Shown here in pieces: positions 27,416 through 42,482 of a DNA stretch of 64,000 nucleotides. The translations under genes were made by a program, and so were the position numbers. The DNA comes from Octopus vulgaris. Its lineage: Eukaryota. Below the pieces are notes generated by a model that ran no database searches, was not told the origin of the DNA, and worked only from the letters and a program-made list of their open reading frames with translations. The stretch's first letter is position 1. Each line of letters opens with the position of its first letter. The DNA is taken from contig OX597818.1 of the NCBI GenBank assembly GCA_951406725.2, positions 45,322,001-45,386,000 on the forward strand, in the 5' to 3' direction.

Positions 27416-27463
27416 AGATATAATCATTTTATATTGTGCAGCAGGTTATATTATATAACAATG

Positions 27464-27511
<48 letters not shown>

Positions 27512-27646
27512 AAAGCATTGTTATATAATATATAGATATATATATAAGCAATAACACTTTTTCGATATCAGTGACTTTTCGTCACTGGAAAAAGGATATA
27601 TATTTGCAACGGGAACCTACATTTCATCGACAACCGGTGATTGTCA

Positions 27647-29505
27647 CTAATGGGTGTTGGTAGTGATTTCTTCGATGTGAGTTCGAATCGTTATACACTG
27701 ATATTGTATGTTTGTTGTGGGTTTCCCCGCGCGGGTGAACCAAGTTTCGTCGGATTGTGTAAATTGTTGGATTTCAGTCACTGTTTCGTTTGCACCTGTA
27801 TAAACCCCATCTACGGGAGGAATGAAGAAAGGAAGAGAGATGGAGAATAGACAAGGTTACGCAGCGGCAACGACACAAGGAATAAATGCCAACCTTCTGG
27901 AAGTACAGGAAATAGAAATTGACACAAGAAAGAGGAAGGAAGGAAGGAAATTTGTAAAAATGGAGGGAGACAGTCCAAAGCTGACTCCCCCAGAAGAACT
28001 GATGAAAAGTATAGCGAAGAGGACGGTAGTATACAGAACGTTGTCTACGTCCTCGAACAAGATAGAGTTAGCCCCAGCAGAAAAATAGAGGAATGCCTCG
28101 AAAATGTGAAAAGGTCGACCACATTTTATACACGTGGAAAAAATTATGGCTCAGTGGAAGTAAGGTTTGGCCACGAAGAAGATGCCATAAACCACTCCAC
28201 GGAGCCGTTACGGACAACGAAATGGATACTACTTCCGATGTACTATGGCAAACGCATTGCCTGAGTGAGAGTTGGACGAGTGCTCCCCGAAATCGAGGAA
28301 GAATGACTGGGAGCAGCCATAATGCACGATATCAATGATAGGGTAGAGATCCTCAAGATAACGAGGACCCCAAAGTCCAATTGGTGGGGATATAGCCTCG
28401 AAGTGACCATGCAGGTATCTTTGGAAGACTTGCATAGTATAACGGAGGAAATGATACTCCCGGAAGAAACCAGACTTCGAATAACAGTAGAAGGAAAGCC
28501 ACCAACATGCTTCCTATGCGGCAAAAAAGGGCACATGAGAGCATGATGTCCCGAGAAGGAAAACGAAGAGGAGAAGAAAAGTGAAGAAAACAATACCGAA
28601 GAGGTAGCACCAATAAAAGACACAGATAGTGTGGAGAAACCCTTCACAGTAGTAAACACGAGGAAGAAAAAGGAACGGGTGAATTCTCCGCCAGACAGTC
28701 AAAAAAGGCTAAAAGAGATTTTGACGGAAGTAAAGAGAAATAGGTGTGAAGCACCAACAGAAGCAGTAGTGAAAGAAGGCACACAGGAAAAAAACAGCAT
28801 TACAACAGGGAGAAAAAGGAAGCGTTCATAAAATTGGTTATGATCTTTCTGCACGCCCGAACAGATCAGTTCGGGAGCCGAAGCAAGCGGAAGTGAAAAG
28901 GAAGAGATATAAGTGGCAGTTGGTCACGTATTCCAAAAGTAAAGAAATAGAGAAAACGATTGTAAAATATAAATCGGTAATAAGAGTAAAGCTGCGGCCA
29001 TAAAAATACCCGGAATACACTAAAGGAATAGTCATAGATAAAGAGAGATTTTTGAAATTAAGAGAGAGATATATGGACTTTTCATAGACTCGCTGGGAGT
29101 TGAAGTCGAGTTTGACGAGCTCCCACCGGTCGTGGAATTAGAAGATTTGAAACCCCTTATGAACATTTAAAAATAAGTAAGTAAAATATGTAATTCATTA
29201 AAAAAAAACGAGGAAAATAGACTGTTAAAATGTATAAAGAAAAAAGAAAAAAAACGATACAAAAAAGCATAAGACTAAAAAAAGAACAAGCTAAAAAAGG
29301 AAAAAAAAAGAAAAAAGACTGTAAGAACGTCTAATTGCAAAAAGGAAATCACGGTTTCGGCTCGGAGTGGGACCGAGAAAACCGTCTCATATTCATTATA
29401 ATTTAATTCATTGTAATTCATTCTTTCATATGTTTTTTTTTTTTGTTCCCGCATGTTTGTGTATATCCCCTCTGTACTCAGGCATTGTGCCTATAATAAA
29501 GAAAT
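27647..29505 (+). mobile_element. ORF1-only L1/Tx1-like element (HAL1-like) with decayed gag-like ORF
   Basis: 15-bp TSD aaccgg(t/a)gattgtca at 27632-27646 and 29506-29520; ORF pieces from 27840 include VEGKPPTCFLCGKKGHMRA*CP; no EN or RT motifs seen; ends aataaagaaat. Confidence 0.78.
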
Positions 29506-29518
29506 AACCGGAGATTGT

Positions 29519-29563
29519 CAGACGCTGATGACGGGTCAATACTCAGAAACTCGAGTCCGTGTG
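29519..29563 (+). ncRNA. Minimal type I hammerhead motif (same family as 21750)
   Basis: cagacg CTGATGA c gggt caat actc a GAAAC tcga GTC cgtgtg; palindromic stem III actcgagt. Confidence 0.75.
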
Positions 29564-29728
29564 TATCATACAGGTTGAAGATGGGAAGGATGGCTTCCCT
29601 TTGTAACCACTGATAGGACACAGAATGTGTGTCAATAACCAGCTAGAGGAGGTGTCCTCCTGGGGTTACAAGCTACAGTAGCATCCACCTTTAGGGGTTA
29701 GCCACATTTAAGTGGTAAATATACTTCA

Positions 29729-29787
<59 letters not shown>

Positions 29788-29791
<4 letters not shown>

Positions 29792-29995
29792 ATCCAAACA
29801 TGCAAGCACAAAGAGAAAACACAACAACGCGAAGACGTGGAACAAGTATAGTATTATTGGACGCTCAGGAAAGGATGATAGAAGGAGGTTCTAACGATTC
29901 GAGCGGAGCTCTTCGTCAGAAACATAGGAAAAGGAAAGATCCAAAGAAGGGAAGACTGAGGAAAAAAAATCGCCAACGGTACACACGCGGTCATA
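29788..29995 (-). mobile_element. ~200-bp PLE-like mini-element in (TA)n with a degenerate hammerhead (29887-29923)
   Basis: Minus strand gttt CTGACGA a gagc tcc gctc GAATC GTT agaac. Confidence 0.6.
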
Positions 29996-30479
29996 TTTTT
30001 ATATATATATATATATATATATTAAAACAATACATGATAATACAGCCAATCGTCAGTTGCGAGCGAACACGGTTAGGTAACATACAGCATAGCTTCACTA
30101 ATTGTTTTAGGGTCTTATACAGTCCCAAGCAGTTATAGACACCCTTCAACTCCCTCACCCTTGATCCTAGTAGAACATCCAGGTTGAGACAGCTGGAAGG
30201 AGAAATCACTGTACTCATTACATTTCAGTAGACTGGAACAATGTTAAATGAAGTGCCTTGCTCAAGGACAAAACTCGTGGGCTGGTTCAAGAATTGATCC
30301 CACAACCTTGTAATCAAAAGCTGAACAATTTACTACTAAAACAATACAAAATGGCATCTACATCACCTTCGATGCATCAGACATACTGTATTAGCAGACA
30401 CAATCTCTCCTATTAGTCTGTTTATCTTCGATTTAACAGACAGGTTTTCCTCTATTAGTTTGTTAAATCGAGACTTTTC

Positions 30480-31700
<1,221 letters not shown>

Positions 31701-32026
31701 ATTTTGTATGTATAGTTAGATAGATTTAAATGCAGTTGTGTGTGTATGTAATTTTTTATATGTACGTGTGTGTGTGCTTGTTTGTTAATGCACGGCGGTA
31801 GGGTAATTAAAAATGTAAAGTAGATTTACGGGTGTGTTTTGATAAACTCATATTTAAGCCATGGATAAACCACGGGTTTTTCTCTGTGTGATTAAGATGA
31901 AGATATCAACTTGGTTTAGTTTTCTCAGTTTCTTACCTTTCGCCAGAGATCTGTTACTTATTTTCTCCACGTCAGAGACAATATTAGTTTGCACGTAAAA
32001 GAAATACGAAACGCATTAACACAATA

Positions 32027-32451
32027 CAGGCATCCCCTGCATTACGGCCGCCTTAAATTACGTGGTTTCGTACTTTAAAAAATTGGTGAATATATGATGT
32101 ACGCTTTCGGGATACGGTCTGCAATTTCGCTCGTACGAAAACTCAAATGAATTTTAAGAAGTTAAACGCTGCACTTTCTCCTTAGCCAAAGCGTTTTAAC
32201 TAACAGCAAAGTAGTTAACAATTTGAAACACTATAATCACAATTCATACTTACATATAAATACGTGTATGTGTATGTTTAATTGTGTGTGCGTGTGTATA
32301 TGTGTGTGTATCTGTGTGTGTATGGAAGTGTTTGTGTATGCATCACCATAGAGTGTAAGGTGGATTTTTCACTGTGAATATCTGGAATATTAGTGCGTGT
32401 GTGTGTGTGTGTTTCTGTATATTTTCTCAAGTCACAGTGAGCGTCTCTCTG

Positions 32452-32531
<80 letters not shown>

Positions 32532-34066
32532 CAGATAGCTAACTATCCGTCTATCTATCTAAAGCCAATACAATTCAGAAATTCTTTAATGACCAATACC
32601 AACACAGACAATAGTACGATCAATATGAGCTACTCCATCATCCGAAGTAGGAAAAATAATCAGGTAAGATAAAATAGTATTCTAATGAATTTAAATGTTG
32701 ACTGAAATGTCTGCGATGTTAGGTCAAGGACCAAGCAGCAACAACAATACAGTCAACAAGAACGGCATGACCGTCGCTGCAACCAACAATACCCACCACG
32801 AACATAAAACCTAATACAACTAACGTTACCATCACTACTAATCACCAACTCTTGATCAAACATCTGGAAACAGCAATGATAGCGCCAGCATGATCGCAAT
32901 GTCTGTAGTTACGTATGTTGTATGTCAACACGACGATGTATATATGCGCGGGTGAGTAAAGAGTGAAATTTTAGTGACTCAAGAGATGCAAATAGCGAAG
33001 TGTTTACGAACTTGATATAGACGACACAGTGCCACTCATAATATTTCCAACAAAACATTGTTTAATTTAGATAATGCACCTAGTCGATCAGTGACCCTAA
33101 ATTAGCTTCCTGAAAATGTGAAAATAAAATATATTCCCCAAAATACAACTTCTTTGCTCCAGTCGACTGATTAAGGTCTGATAGCTAGCTTGAATGCAAA
33201 TTATTTGAGAAGAACTTTCAAATAATTTATGAAAGCAATTGACAAGAAGGATAAACCTCCAGAGTTATCTGAGAAGTTCAACATAATGGCTACTGTGATT
33301 AACATACCTGATTTATGGTGTGAAGTGAAACCAAATTTGATTGGTGCTTGGAAATATGCATGACCAGGCTTTAAAATTTTACATCAAACTCAGAAAGATA
33401 ATATAGCACTTGCAAATGATGCTGGGTTTGAATAAGTCATAGAGGATGATGTAGTTGAGTTGTTTGTGTCCCATAGAGAAAGTTTATCTAACGAGGAGCT
33501 GATACTGTTAAAACAATAGCAAGCTGTGAATACGGATGAATATACGGATATTCTACCAACCCCATTTAAACTGGCCGCAAAAAATATTTGTAATGGGTAG
33601 GCATTCAAAGAGGAAGATTTGCAAGTTTTTGTAGATAGTACTACCCGTGAACGTAACATAAAAAATACATGAATATACAACGAATATACAATGAGTTCAG
33701 TTCCTACACTGGGATGCACAAAGAGATGATACGCCACAAACATCAGACCACTTTGGATAAGGTTTTCGCCCCTCATGTAGACGTTAATGATGATGAAATG
33801 TAAAATAGTATATGGTGTCCCTCATCTTCCCAGTCACTCTCATTCCACCACTATCCCACAAACAACTGTCAACAACTTTTGCGGTAGGTACGTATCCTAC
33901 GTATGATATTACGACTTATATTTCCTAATAATTTTCAAAGATATCCACCTGAACGACCATAACTTTGTAATTTGAAAACTAAAGGGGAACTTAATTTCGT
34001 GCTTCAGGATCTCGCGTTACAAGATTTTTAGCAACAATTACTCCCAGTCTACGGGAGATTCATATG
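32027..34066 (+). mobile_element. Decayed pogo/Tigger DNA transposon
   Basis: TA|CAGGCATCCCCTGCATTACG left end; 33055-33220 reads LDNAPS...NVKIKYIPQNTTSLLQSTD*GLIASLNANYLRRTF (pogo DDD domain); right end approximate. Confidence 0.75.
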
Positions 34067-34104
34067 CACGCACCCACACGTACACGTACACACACACACA
34101 GATG

Positions 34105-34794
<690 letters not shown>

Positions 34795-35247
34795 GGATAG
34801 ATTCCCCCACCCAACCCACTTCATCATCAAGTTACGCATCCTAACCACAGCAGCTTAACATTCTTCTAAACTGCATAATTAGGGGATTTTTTTTTCAATT
34901 TGTTAAGGATGCAAACGGTATGAACACGATGTCATTTTTATAAACTCCAGCTATCGGCAGTAGGTAAGTTTTTTTTTTCCTAGTCAGATGTTATCATTGC
35001 TGCATCATCACCGGCTCCCATAGTTTTTGCATACTCAGACGCTTCACCGATTTGCAAATTAAACACACCATTTTCCCTTACATAAAGTTCATTCTTAACA
35101 TCAGGTTGCTGCGCACTAGTTTCATCCCGAACTATTTCTGTAGTTTAGTTTTTAGTTTTCATATCCATTTGCACTTTTTCACGTCATATGAGTCATGTGA
35201 GATTTTTCGGTGTAATATATATATATATATGTATGTATGTATATGTA

Positions 35248-35321
<74 letters not shown>

Positions 35322-35542
35322 TGTATGTATGTATGTATGTATGTATGTATGTATGTATGTGTGTAAATACACACACACACACTCACACACACACGCACAC
35401 ACACACATGTATAGTGATACAGACTGGAAAAAACTGAACTAAAGCTTATACTAAATTCATGGCTAAAGGTATCCTGATACAGTCAATACGTTACGCTTTT
35501 GGCATCCAGGTCAAGATTATAAGCCAAAAAAAACCTCCAGTG

Positions 35543-35699
35543 CATTATTTACATTATTTACATTATTTACATTCGACGGATATTTGTCCTCATCTTGTTT
35601 GTTGTTAACACAACGTTTCAGCTGATATACCCTCCAGCTTTCTTCAGGTGTATTGGGGAAATTTCGAACCTGGGCTCTCATTCCTAAGGTAGTCTTCGA

Positions 35700-35774
<75 letters not shown>

Positions 35775-35955
35775 TACTACTACTACTATTATTATTATTA
35801 TTATTGTTATTATTATTATTATTATTATTATTGTTGTTGTTGTTGTTGTTCAGGTGACAACTGAAACGTTGCGTTAACAACAAACAAGATGAGGAGAAAT
35901 ATCCGTCGAATGTAAATAATGTACATAATTCCTCATCTCTTACATATAGAACTGT
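35543..35955 (-). mobile_element. Hammerhead-bearing PLE-like element with an inverted terminal segment
   Basis: Hammerhead 35608-35651 minus: acac CTGAAGA aagctg..cagct GAAAC GTT gtgt; inverted repeat 35560-35624 versus 35858-35923. Confidence 0.72.
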
Positions 35956-36636
35956 ATCCAATGCGTTGTTGCAAAGGTGAGAGATAATTTTAGGCATTTT
36001 TGCTGCTCATTCCTCGCTCCGCTAATAATTACTCTCACTGGAAGAAAACTTTTGTGATGAACTCACACATGCGATGGCTTCAGGAAATCTTTTAGTGATT
36101 GCCTTTCATTTCATCCGTTCCATTTCTTAATTTCATACATTTGGGTGGAGATTGTAACCTTATTTCTTATATGCCGTAACACCAACCTAAGAAAAGCAAC
36201 TATGCGCGCAGTTATAGCTTTCCGTTGCAGAGTAATCTAATAAGGGTCACTGCTTTTCTATTCAGTGTCCTCTTTCCGATGTCAACGAATATTTTCAACA
36301 GGAATGATGTGATTTATGATTGTTGAATGCTTGTTTATTCATCAATAGTAATTCTGTGATAATATCGAGGTTTTACTCCACCAGCGACATCAGTTACTTT
36401 GTCTGTAGAATGCGCTTCTCTTATACATACATTAAGATTAGGCCATGCTGGGGTGCCCCCTTGAAGGGTTTCAGTAGGACTGATAGATGTCAGTACTTAT
36501 TGTTTAAAAGTTTGATATGCATCCTATTAGTCTCTTTTCACGAACTCCTAAGTTACGGGATCTGAACAAACCAACACCGCTTGTCAAGCGGTGGTAGAAT
36601 GACAAATACAGATACAAAGACATCGACACATCAAAC

Positions 36637-36661
<25 letters not shown>

Positions 36662-36669
<8 letters not shown>

Positions 36670-37130
36670 GATGAATGAATTATCCTTTGTTTGCCGTTAA
36701 CATGGAAAAGTCAATAAACAGTTACCAGGGTAGCTAAATTCACGCAAGTATCAAGGATGTAGCGACCTATTCAAAGTTAGAAGCTCCGGGTTCATGTGCA
36801 GTAATTTGTGTAGCATAAGTAAATAAATGGAGTTGAACGCAGATGCTATTCAAATTCTTTTACTTTCGACATATGTTTCGAAGACAACATTGGTTTTATT
36901 CCAAAGGAATAAGCGGTGTAAAAAAAATGTAATCTTCTCATCAGGAAAGAAAGAGAACCTACCTCAACAACAAGACATTATAACAATTTTGATGACTGCA
37001 TAAATGATAAACAGAACGCTATTACGTATTTTCAAAAAAACCGTTAGTAGATCCGTTAGCAGATCCGTTAGTAGATCGAAAGTAAAAGAATTTGAATAGC
37101 ATTTGCGTTCAACTCCATTTATTTACTTAT
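36662..37130 (-). mobile_element. PLE-like element in (TA)n with a hammerhead and a 55-bp inverted segment
   Basis: Inverted repeat 36815-36869 versus 37076-37130; (ccgttagtagat)x3 at the junction. Confidence 0.75.
36863..36949 (-). ncRNA. Type I hammerhead ribozyme with intact core
   Basis: ctttc CTGATGA gaagat...gtcttc GAAAC atat GTC gaaag. Confidence 0.82.
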
Positions 37131-37153
37131 ATATATATATGTATATATATATA

Positions 37154-37885
37154 TGCATTTAAGTCTGTTATTTATTTAATTTTTCATATGTCCTGCCCGC
37201 CAAAGTTGGTTCTGGTGTTCGCTGAATTCTTCCTCTAGAGAATTTCCCTTGTAGTTTGATCGTTGATGGTCTTCTTCTAGCATTCTGGCCGGCTACCTAG
37301 CAGGCCAGCCCTGCCAATATACACATATATTTGAATTTTCTCTGACTCCTCAGATTTTTTTAATGCTGGACTACTGGTTTTAAATTGATATTAAAATTAA
37401 TATTAATTTATCTCCCTCAATTTTTAAATATTTAAATAAATACGTTCCCTAGTTGTAAGCACTACCCGCAGTGAATTATTCACTGCAGCCCTTCGCTTCA
37501 GGAGTCTCTCAGCGCGCCAGAACCAAGACATTTGAAATTTTATTCCCGATGTAATCAGTAAGACTAAGCACGTGTCTGTCTTGACACAGAGAGCTGGGGT
37601 TAGTCTTGCGGTTTGCATCTCGAGGACCAAATGTACTGATGAAGTCACGGACACTTGAATTATGCAAGTAATTCTTTTGTTAAGACCGAAACCGAGGTAT
37701 GCATTTAAGTCTGTTATTTATTTAATTTTTCATATGTCCTGCCCGCCAAAGTTGGTTCTGGTGTTCGCTGAATTCTTCCTCTAGAGAATTTCCCTTGTAG
37801 TTTGATCGTTGATGGTTCTTCTAGCGTTCTTCTAGCATTCTGGCCGGCTACCTAGCAGGCCAGCCCTGCCAATATACACATATAT
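37154..37885 (+). mobile_element. Retrozyme/pLTR-like element: 546-nt unit plus ~180-nt repeat of its start
   Basis: 37154-37330 is repeated at 37700-37885; the second copy starts at the predicted hammerhead cleavage site; flanked by (TA)n. Confidence 0.8.
37629..37706 (+). ncRNA. Type I hammerhead ribozyme with intact core; predicted cleavage after 37699 (GUA)
   Basis: aaatgta CTGATGA agtc...gacc GAAAC cgag GTA tgcattt; 7-bp stem I. Confidence 0.82.
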
Positions 37886-37904
37886 ATATATATATATATA
37901 TACT

Positions 37905-38137
37905 CTCATTTTACTCTCTTTTTACTTGTTTCAGTCATTTGACTGTAGCCATGCTGGAGCACCACCTTTAGTCGAGTAAATCGACCCCAGGACTTATTCT
38001 TTGTAAGCCTAGTACTTATTCTATAGGTCTCTTTTGCCGAACCGCTAAGTTACAGGGACGTAAACACACCACCATCGGTTGTCAAGTGATGTTCGGGGAA
38101 CAAAACACAGACACACAAGCATATACACACACACACA

Positions 38138-38203
<66 letters not shown>

Positions 38204-38365
38204 GACGGGCCTCTTTCAGTTTCCGTCTACCAAATCCACTCACGAGACTTTGGTCGGCCCAAAGCTATAGTAGATGACACTTGCCCAAGATGTCACGCAG
38301 TAGGACTGAACCTGGAACCATGTGGTTGGTAAGCAAGATACTTACCACTCAGTTACTCCTGATCC
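37905..38365 (-). mobile_element. Full-length SINE family A
   Basis: Reverse complement of the 3021-3451 type. Confidence 0.85.
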
Positions 38366-38432
38366 TATATAAACATACTTGACCACCGCCAATACCATAT
38401 AAACAGACAGATAGACAGACATACATAGATAT

Positions 38433-38517
<85 letters not shown>

Positions 38518-38538
38518 TAGATAGATAGAGAGAGAGAG

Positions 38539-38605
<67 letters not shown>

Positions 38606-38662
38606 CAGACAGAAAGACAGACAGACAGAAAGACAGACAGACAGACAGACAGACAGATAGAC

Positions 38663-38750
<88 letters not shown>

Positions 38751-39759
38751 TGATGCTCCACAGTTTCCGTCTACTTAATTCACTGTCAAGGTATTACTGA
38801 TCTGTCCAGGGTCATAGTAGAAGACTCTTACCCTAGGTGCCGCTCAGTAAGCCTGAACCAGAAACAACGTGGTTGCAAAATGAACTTCATAACCGTGCAC
38901 CTGTGCCTGTGTCGTCAACTGAAAAAGGACGTTCAACTCTTCGTGGACGTGAAATGCAGTTCATAATATAATTAGAGCACAAACCATGGTTATATGAGTT
39001 GACATTTCTTATTTAATATCGTTGGTCTGAAATGATCTAGATTTTTTGAAACGCTTGATCAGAGTGAAGGGCTGCATCTACGACGTTTCATTTTTGCAAG
39101 GTCTCAAAGTCTGGCAGGTTGCAAGGAAGACATTATCTTCAAACAAGAGACCTGGTCTGCATGATTGCAATAGAACAACATCTGCTGAAGTGTCGAATTA
39201 AGTCTACCACTCGAGAACTCAGAATGTGAACAGCCAAAACAAATAGTACAAGATATTTTGCCCGACGCTCTAACAATGCTGCCAACTCACTGGCCTTGTG
39301 CGGTACTTTACATTATCGACTCTGAAAGGATGACAGGTGGGATTTGAAGTGAGAGAGCAGAGATCCGGGAAAATAACGCTGAACAAGTTATGCTACGCAT
39401 TAACCAGTTTGACATTGTATGGTTCAAATCTTACACGTATACCTCGCCAGGTTAACTATAACAGATATCAACTGAGCTACACATCTAACTGCCACATGGC
39501 AAACAGTCCTTCAGTTCTCTGCCCCCAATACCTATCTCTTATCAAAACAAGAAACTCACACATCAGTGAACAAAATATAAATATTCTCACAAACATCAAG
39601 GTAGCCTTGTCGACTCACTGAAACATGAAACAGAAGTTTCGCAGAAGTCAACAACACTTCAGTTTCAAACACAGGCACTGTAGTACATACATTCGCAAAA
39701 TTATTAACATCACCGGAAAAAATTCCTCATGTGATAACATAAGAAGTACACTTCCCATT

Positions 39760-40061
39760 GTTTGTTCCTTCTCGAGCCACGCCTGGCTCATAAGGGCCGG
39801 TTTCCCGGTTTCCTTGACGTATAGGTTCCCCAATTGGACGGGACGCCGGTCCGTCGCAGGTGAGCTGCAAGATGCAGGATGAAAGAGTGAGAGAAAGTTG
39901 TGGCAAAAGAGTCAGCAGAAGTTCGCCATTACCTTCTGTCGGAGCCGCGTAGAGCTTAGGTGTTTCGCTCATAAACACACACATCGCCCAGTCTGAGATT
40001 CGAACCCGCGATGTCTTGACCGCGAGTCTGCTGCTCTAACTACTAGGCCATGTGCCTCCAC
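39760..40061 (-). mobile_element. Full-length SINE family C with 12-bp TSD, inserted in a LINE fragment
   Basis: TSD acacttcccatt at 39748-39759 and 40062-40073; B box ggttcgaatc; host segment 39480-40090 resembles 43455-43745. Confidence 0.88.
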
Positions 40062-41408
40062 ACACTTCCCATTACACTACTCAAATAACCATTTTCTTTT
40101 AATTAAAGGTTCGAAGTAATAATGCAGAGCAAATTAACCTACGCATTAAAAAGTTTGAAATATAGGAGCCTAAATCAGCTTAGTTCTTTTCTTGCCAATC
40201 GGTGATATTATTGTTCAGAACTCAACAGTATAAATCAGCGCATTGTCCATTTTCTAACATTGAAATTACAGAATCAGAGTTGATGGTGGAGTATACAGTA
40301 CAATGTTTCATCTTTTGAATCAATTTCAGAAGAGATTTCAAAATTTTCAAAATCATTAACTCGAACTACGAATATCTGAAAACCATTTTGATTTGCTCGT
40401 AGATAAAGGTTCCCGATTCCTTGCAAGCCGAATTAATTCATTTACAATCAAATATCTTTTATTTTATTATAATGGAACTAATATGATAAACAAATTTAAC
40501 GGCTTATCTATTTTGAAATTTTATAAATCCTATGTTGGTATTATATAGTTTCGCGGAATCCCGAATTCAAAATTGTATCACCGCTTACTGATACCGACAA
40601 TTTTTCTCAACATTAAATTTACCCTTGCATGCTAGATTTATAAATAATTATCTTACAAATCAAACAAGAATTGCCAACTAATAAAAAAAATCTCTGCAAA
40701 GTAAAGCAAAACAAATTTTTCCGTAAGAGGCAAAGAAGCTTTATAAATTATAAAACATTATAAACTCGGTGGCTTCTTTTGGTGCTTCAGCGTTTAAAAC
40801 ATTATAACAATCTAGTTCCTTCGCCAGTGCTTTATAGCATTTGAATCAATGTTGCTTGGTGTAAACCCATCCACCTTTATAAATTTGTAAAATATTCATT
40901 TTTCCCAGCACTATCCGCCCACACGTTTTCAAGCATTTACAATCTGTCCTTATTACTGAAACGGTTCCGTACTTCTGTATTAGTTAATGGAAATCTAGAA
41001 ACATCGCCATCTTTAAAAAAGACGAGATCATAAAAGTTGGAACATCTTTGTCAAAAACCTGCGATCAAAGATTCTTTGACCATCGGTCGGTTTAATAGAG
41101 GCTAACCTAGACTAAACAACAACAGCAAAAACACTAATCATTTTGATTATTACTTACTGTTATTCATTTTATCGCCATATCAACTTTCAAGTGAGTGACT
41201 ATACCAGACAACCCAATCCTGGATATCATATGGTCGAAAGAAAACGGGATGGTCACGGGTAAAACACCATAACCACCAAACATCAAGAAAACAAACTGAA
41301 TGAGTTAGAGGTGTGTTAGATATTTCAAACAATAAGTACTCAATATATTCATGCACAGACATACACATACATACATTCATTCATACATACATACATACAT
41401 ACATACAT

Positions 41409-41478
<70 letters not shown>

Positions 41479-41479
41479 A

Positions 41480-41688
41480 CCTTTTACTTTTTACTTGTTT
41501 CAGTCAATAGACTGCGGTCACTTTGGGGCACCGTCTCGAACAATATTTAGTCGAATGAATTGGCACCATATTTTTTCTTAACCGGTACTTATTTTATCAA
41601 TCTCCTTTACTCAACTGCTAACATACGGGGACGTAAACAGTCCAAAATCGGTTGTCAAGCGGTTGTGGAGGACAAATAGAGACACAAA

Positions 41689-41741
<53 letters not shown>

Positions 41742-41890
41742 ACACATATAAATATGCCGGGCTTCTTTCAGTTTCCGCCTAACAAATCTACTCACAAGGC
41801 TTTGGTCGGCCCTAGACACCTGCAGTTGGATTGAACCTGAAGCCATGCAGTTGGGAAGCTAGCTCCTCACCACATAGCCACGCCTGTATA
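41480..41890 (-). mobile_element. SINE family A, diverged
   Basis: Similarity to other A copies. Confidence 0.75.
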
Positions 41891-42111
41891 TGCATGTGTA
41901 TAACACTGTGTATAAACTCTATACTTGAAATGACCAATTTTAAATACTATTGGGTTTTACTCATAAGGCATTGGAATCTTATATGTATACCATTCTGCCT
42001 AAATGATGGATCTACAAATACAATATCTTTGCATATCTCACATCTATTTTCATTCCTCCACCTCACTCTCGTATCTTATCTAAATTAACTATTGCATAAC
42101 CATCTTCTCAA

Positions 42112-42165
42112 ACCGCTTCCGATGAAGGGATATAATAAATATCCTAGAAAAAGCAGTAAGACCTT
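42112..42165 (+). ncRNA. Degenerate hammerhead motif in a probable pLTR
   Basis: ctt CCGATGA a gggatat aataa atatcct a GAAAA agca GTA ag; core substitutions present. Confidence 0.45.
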
Positions 42166-42241
42166 CTATTTATAAATGTTCTAAAATCTACACACCCTTG
42201 GATTTTTTTATCTCATTACGAAAAAAATTATATATATATTT

Positions 42242-42276
<35 letters not shown>

Positions 42277-42297
42277 CATGCAAACACACTCGCACGT

Positions 42298-42328
<31 letters not shown>

Positions 42329-42341
42329 TATATATATATAT

Positions 42342-42378
<37 letters not shown>

Positions 42379-42451
42379 TTACATATAGATACATGCACGC
42401 ACACCCGCGCACATACACACACACGCACGCCGCACACATACGCATGCATAA

Positions 42452-42482
<31 letters not shown>

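Noticed and set aside
34908-34963. Possible 56-nt exon (ttaag|G ... AG|GTAAGT)
   Set aside because: All three frames contain a stop and no partner exons were found; a non-coding exon cannot be supported without RNA data.
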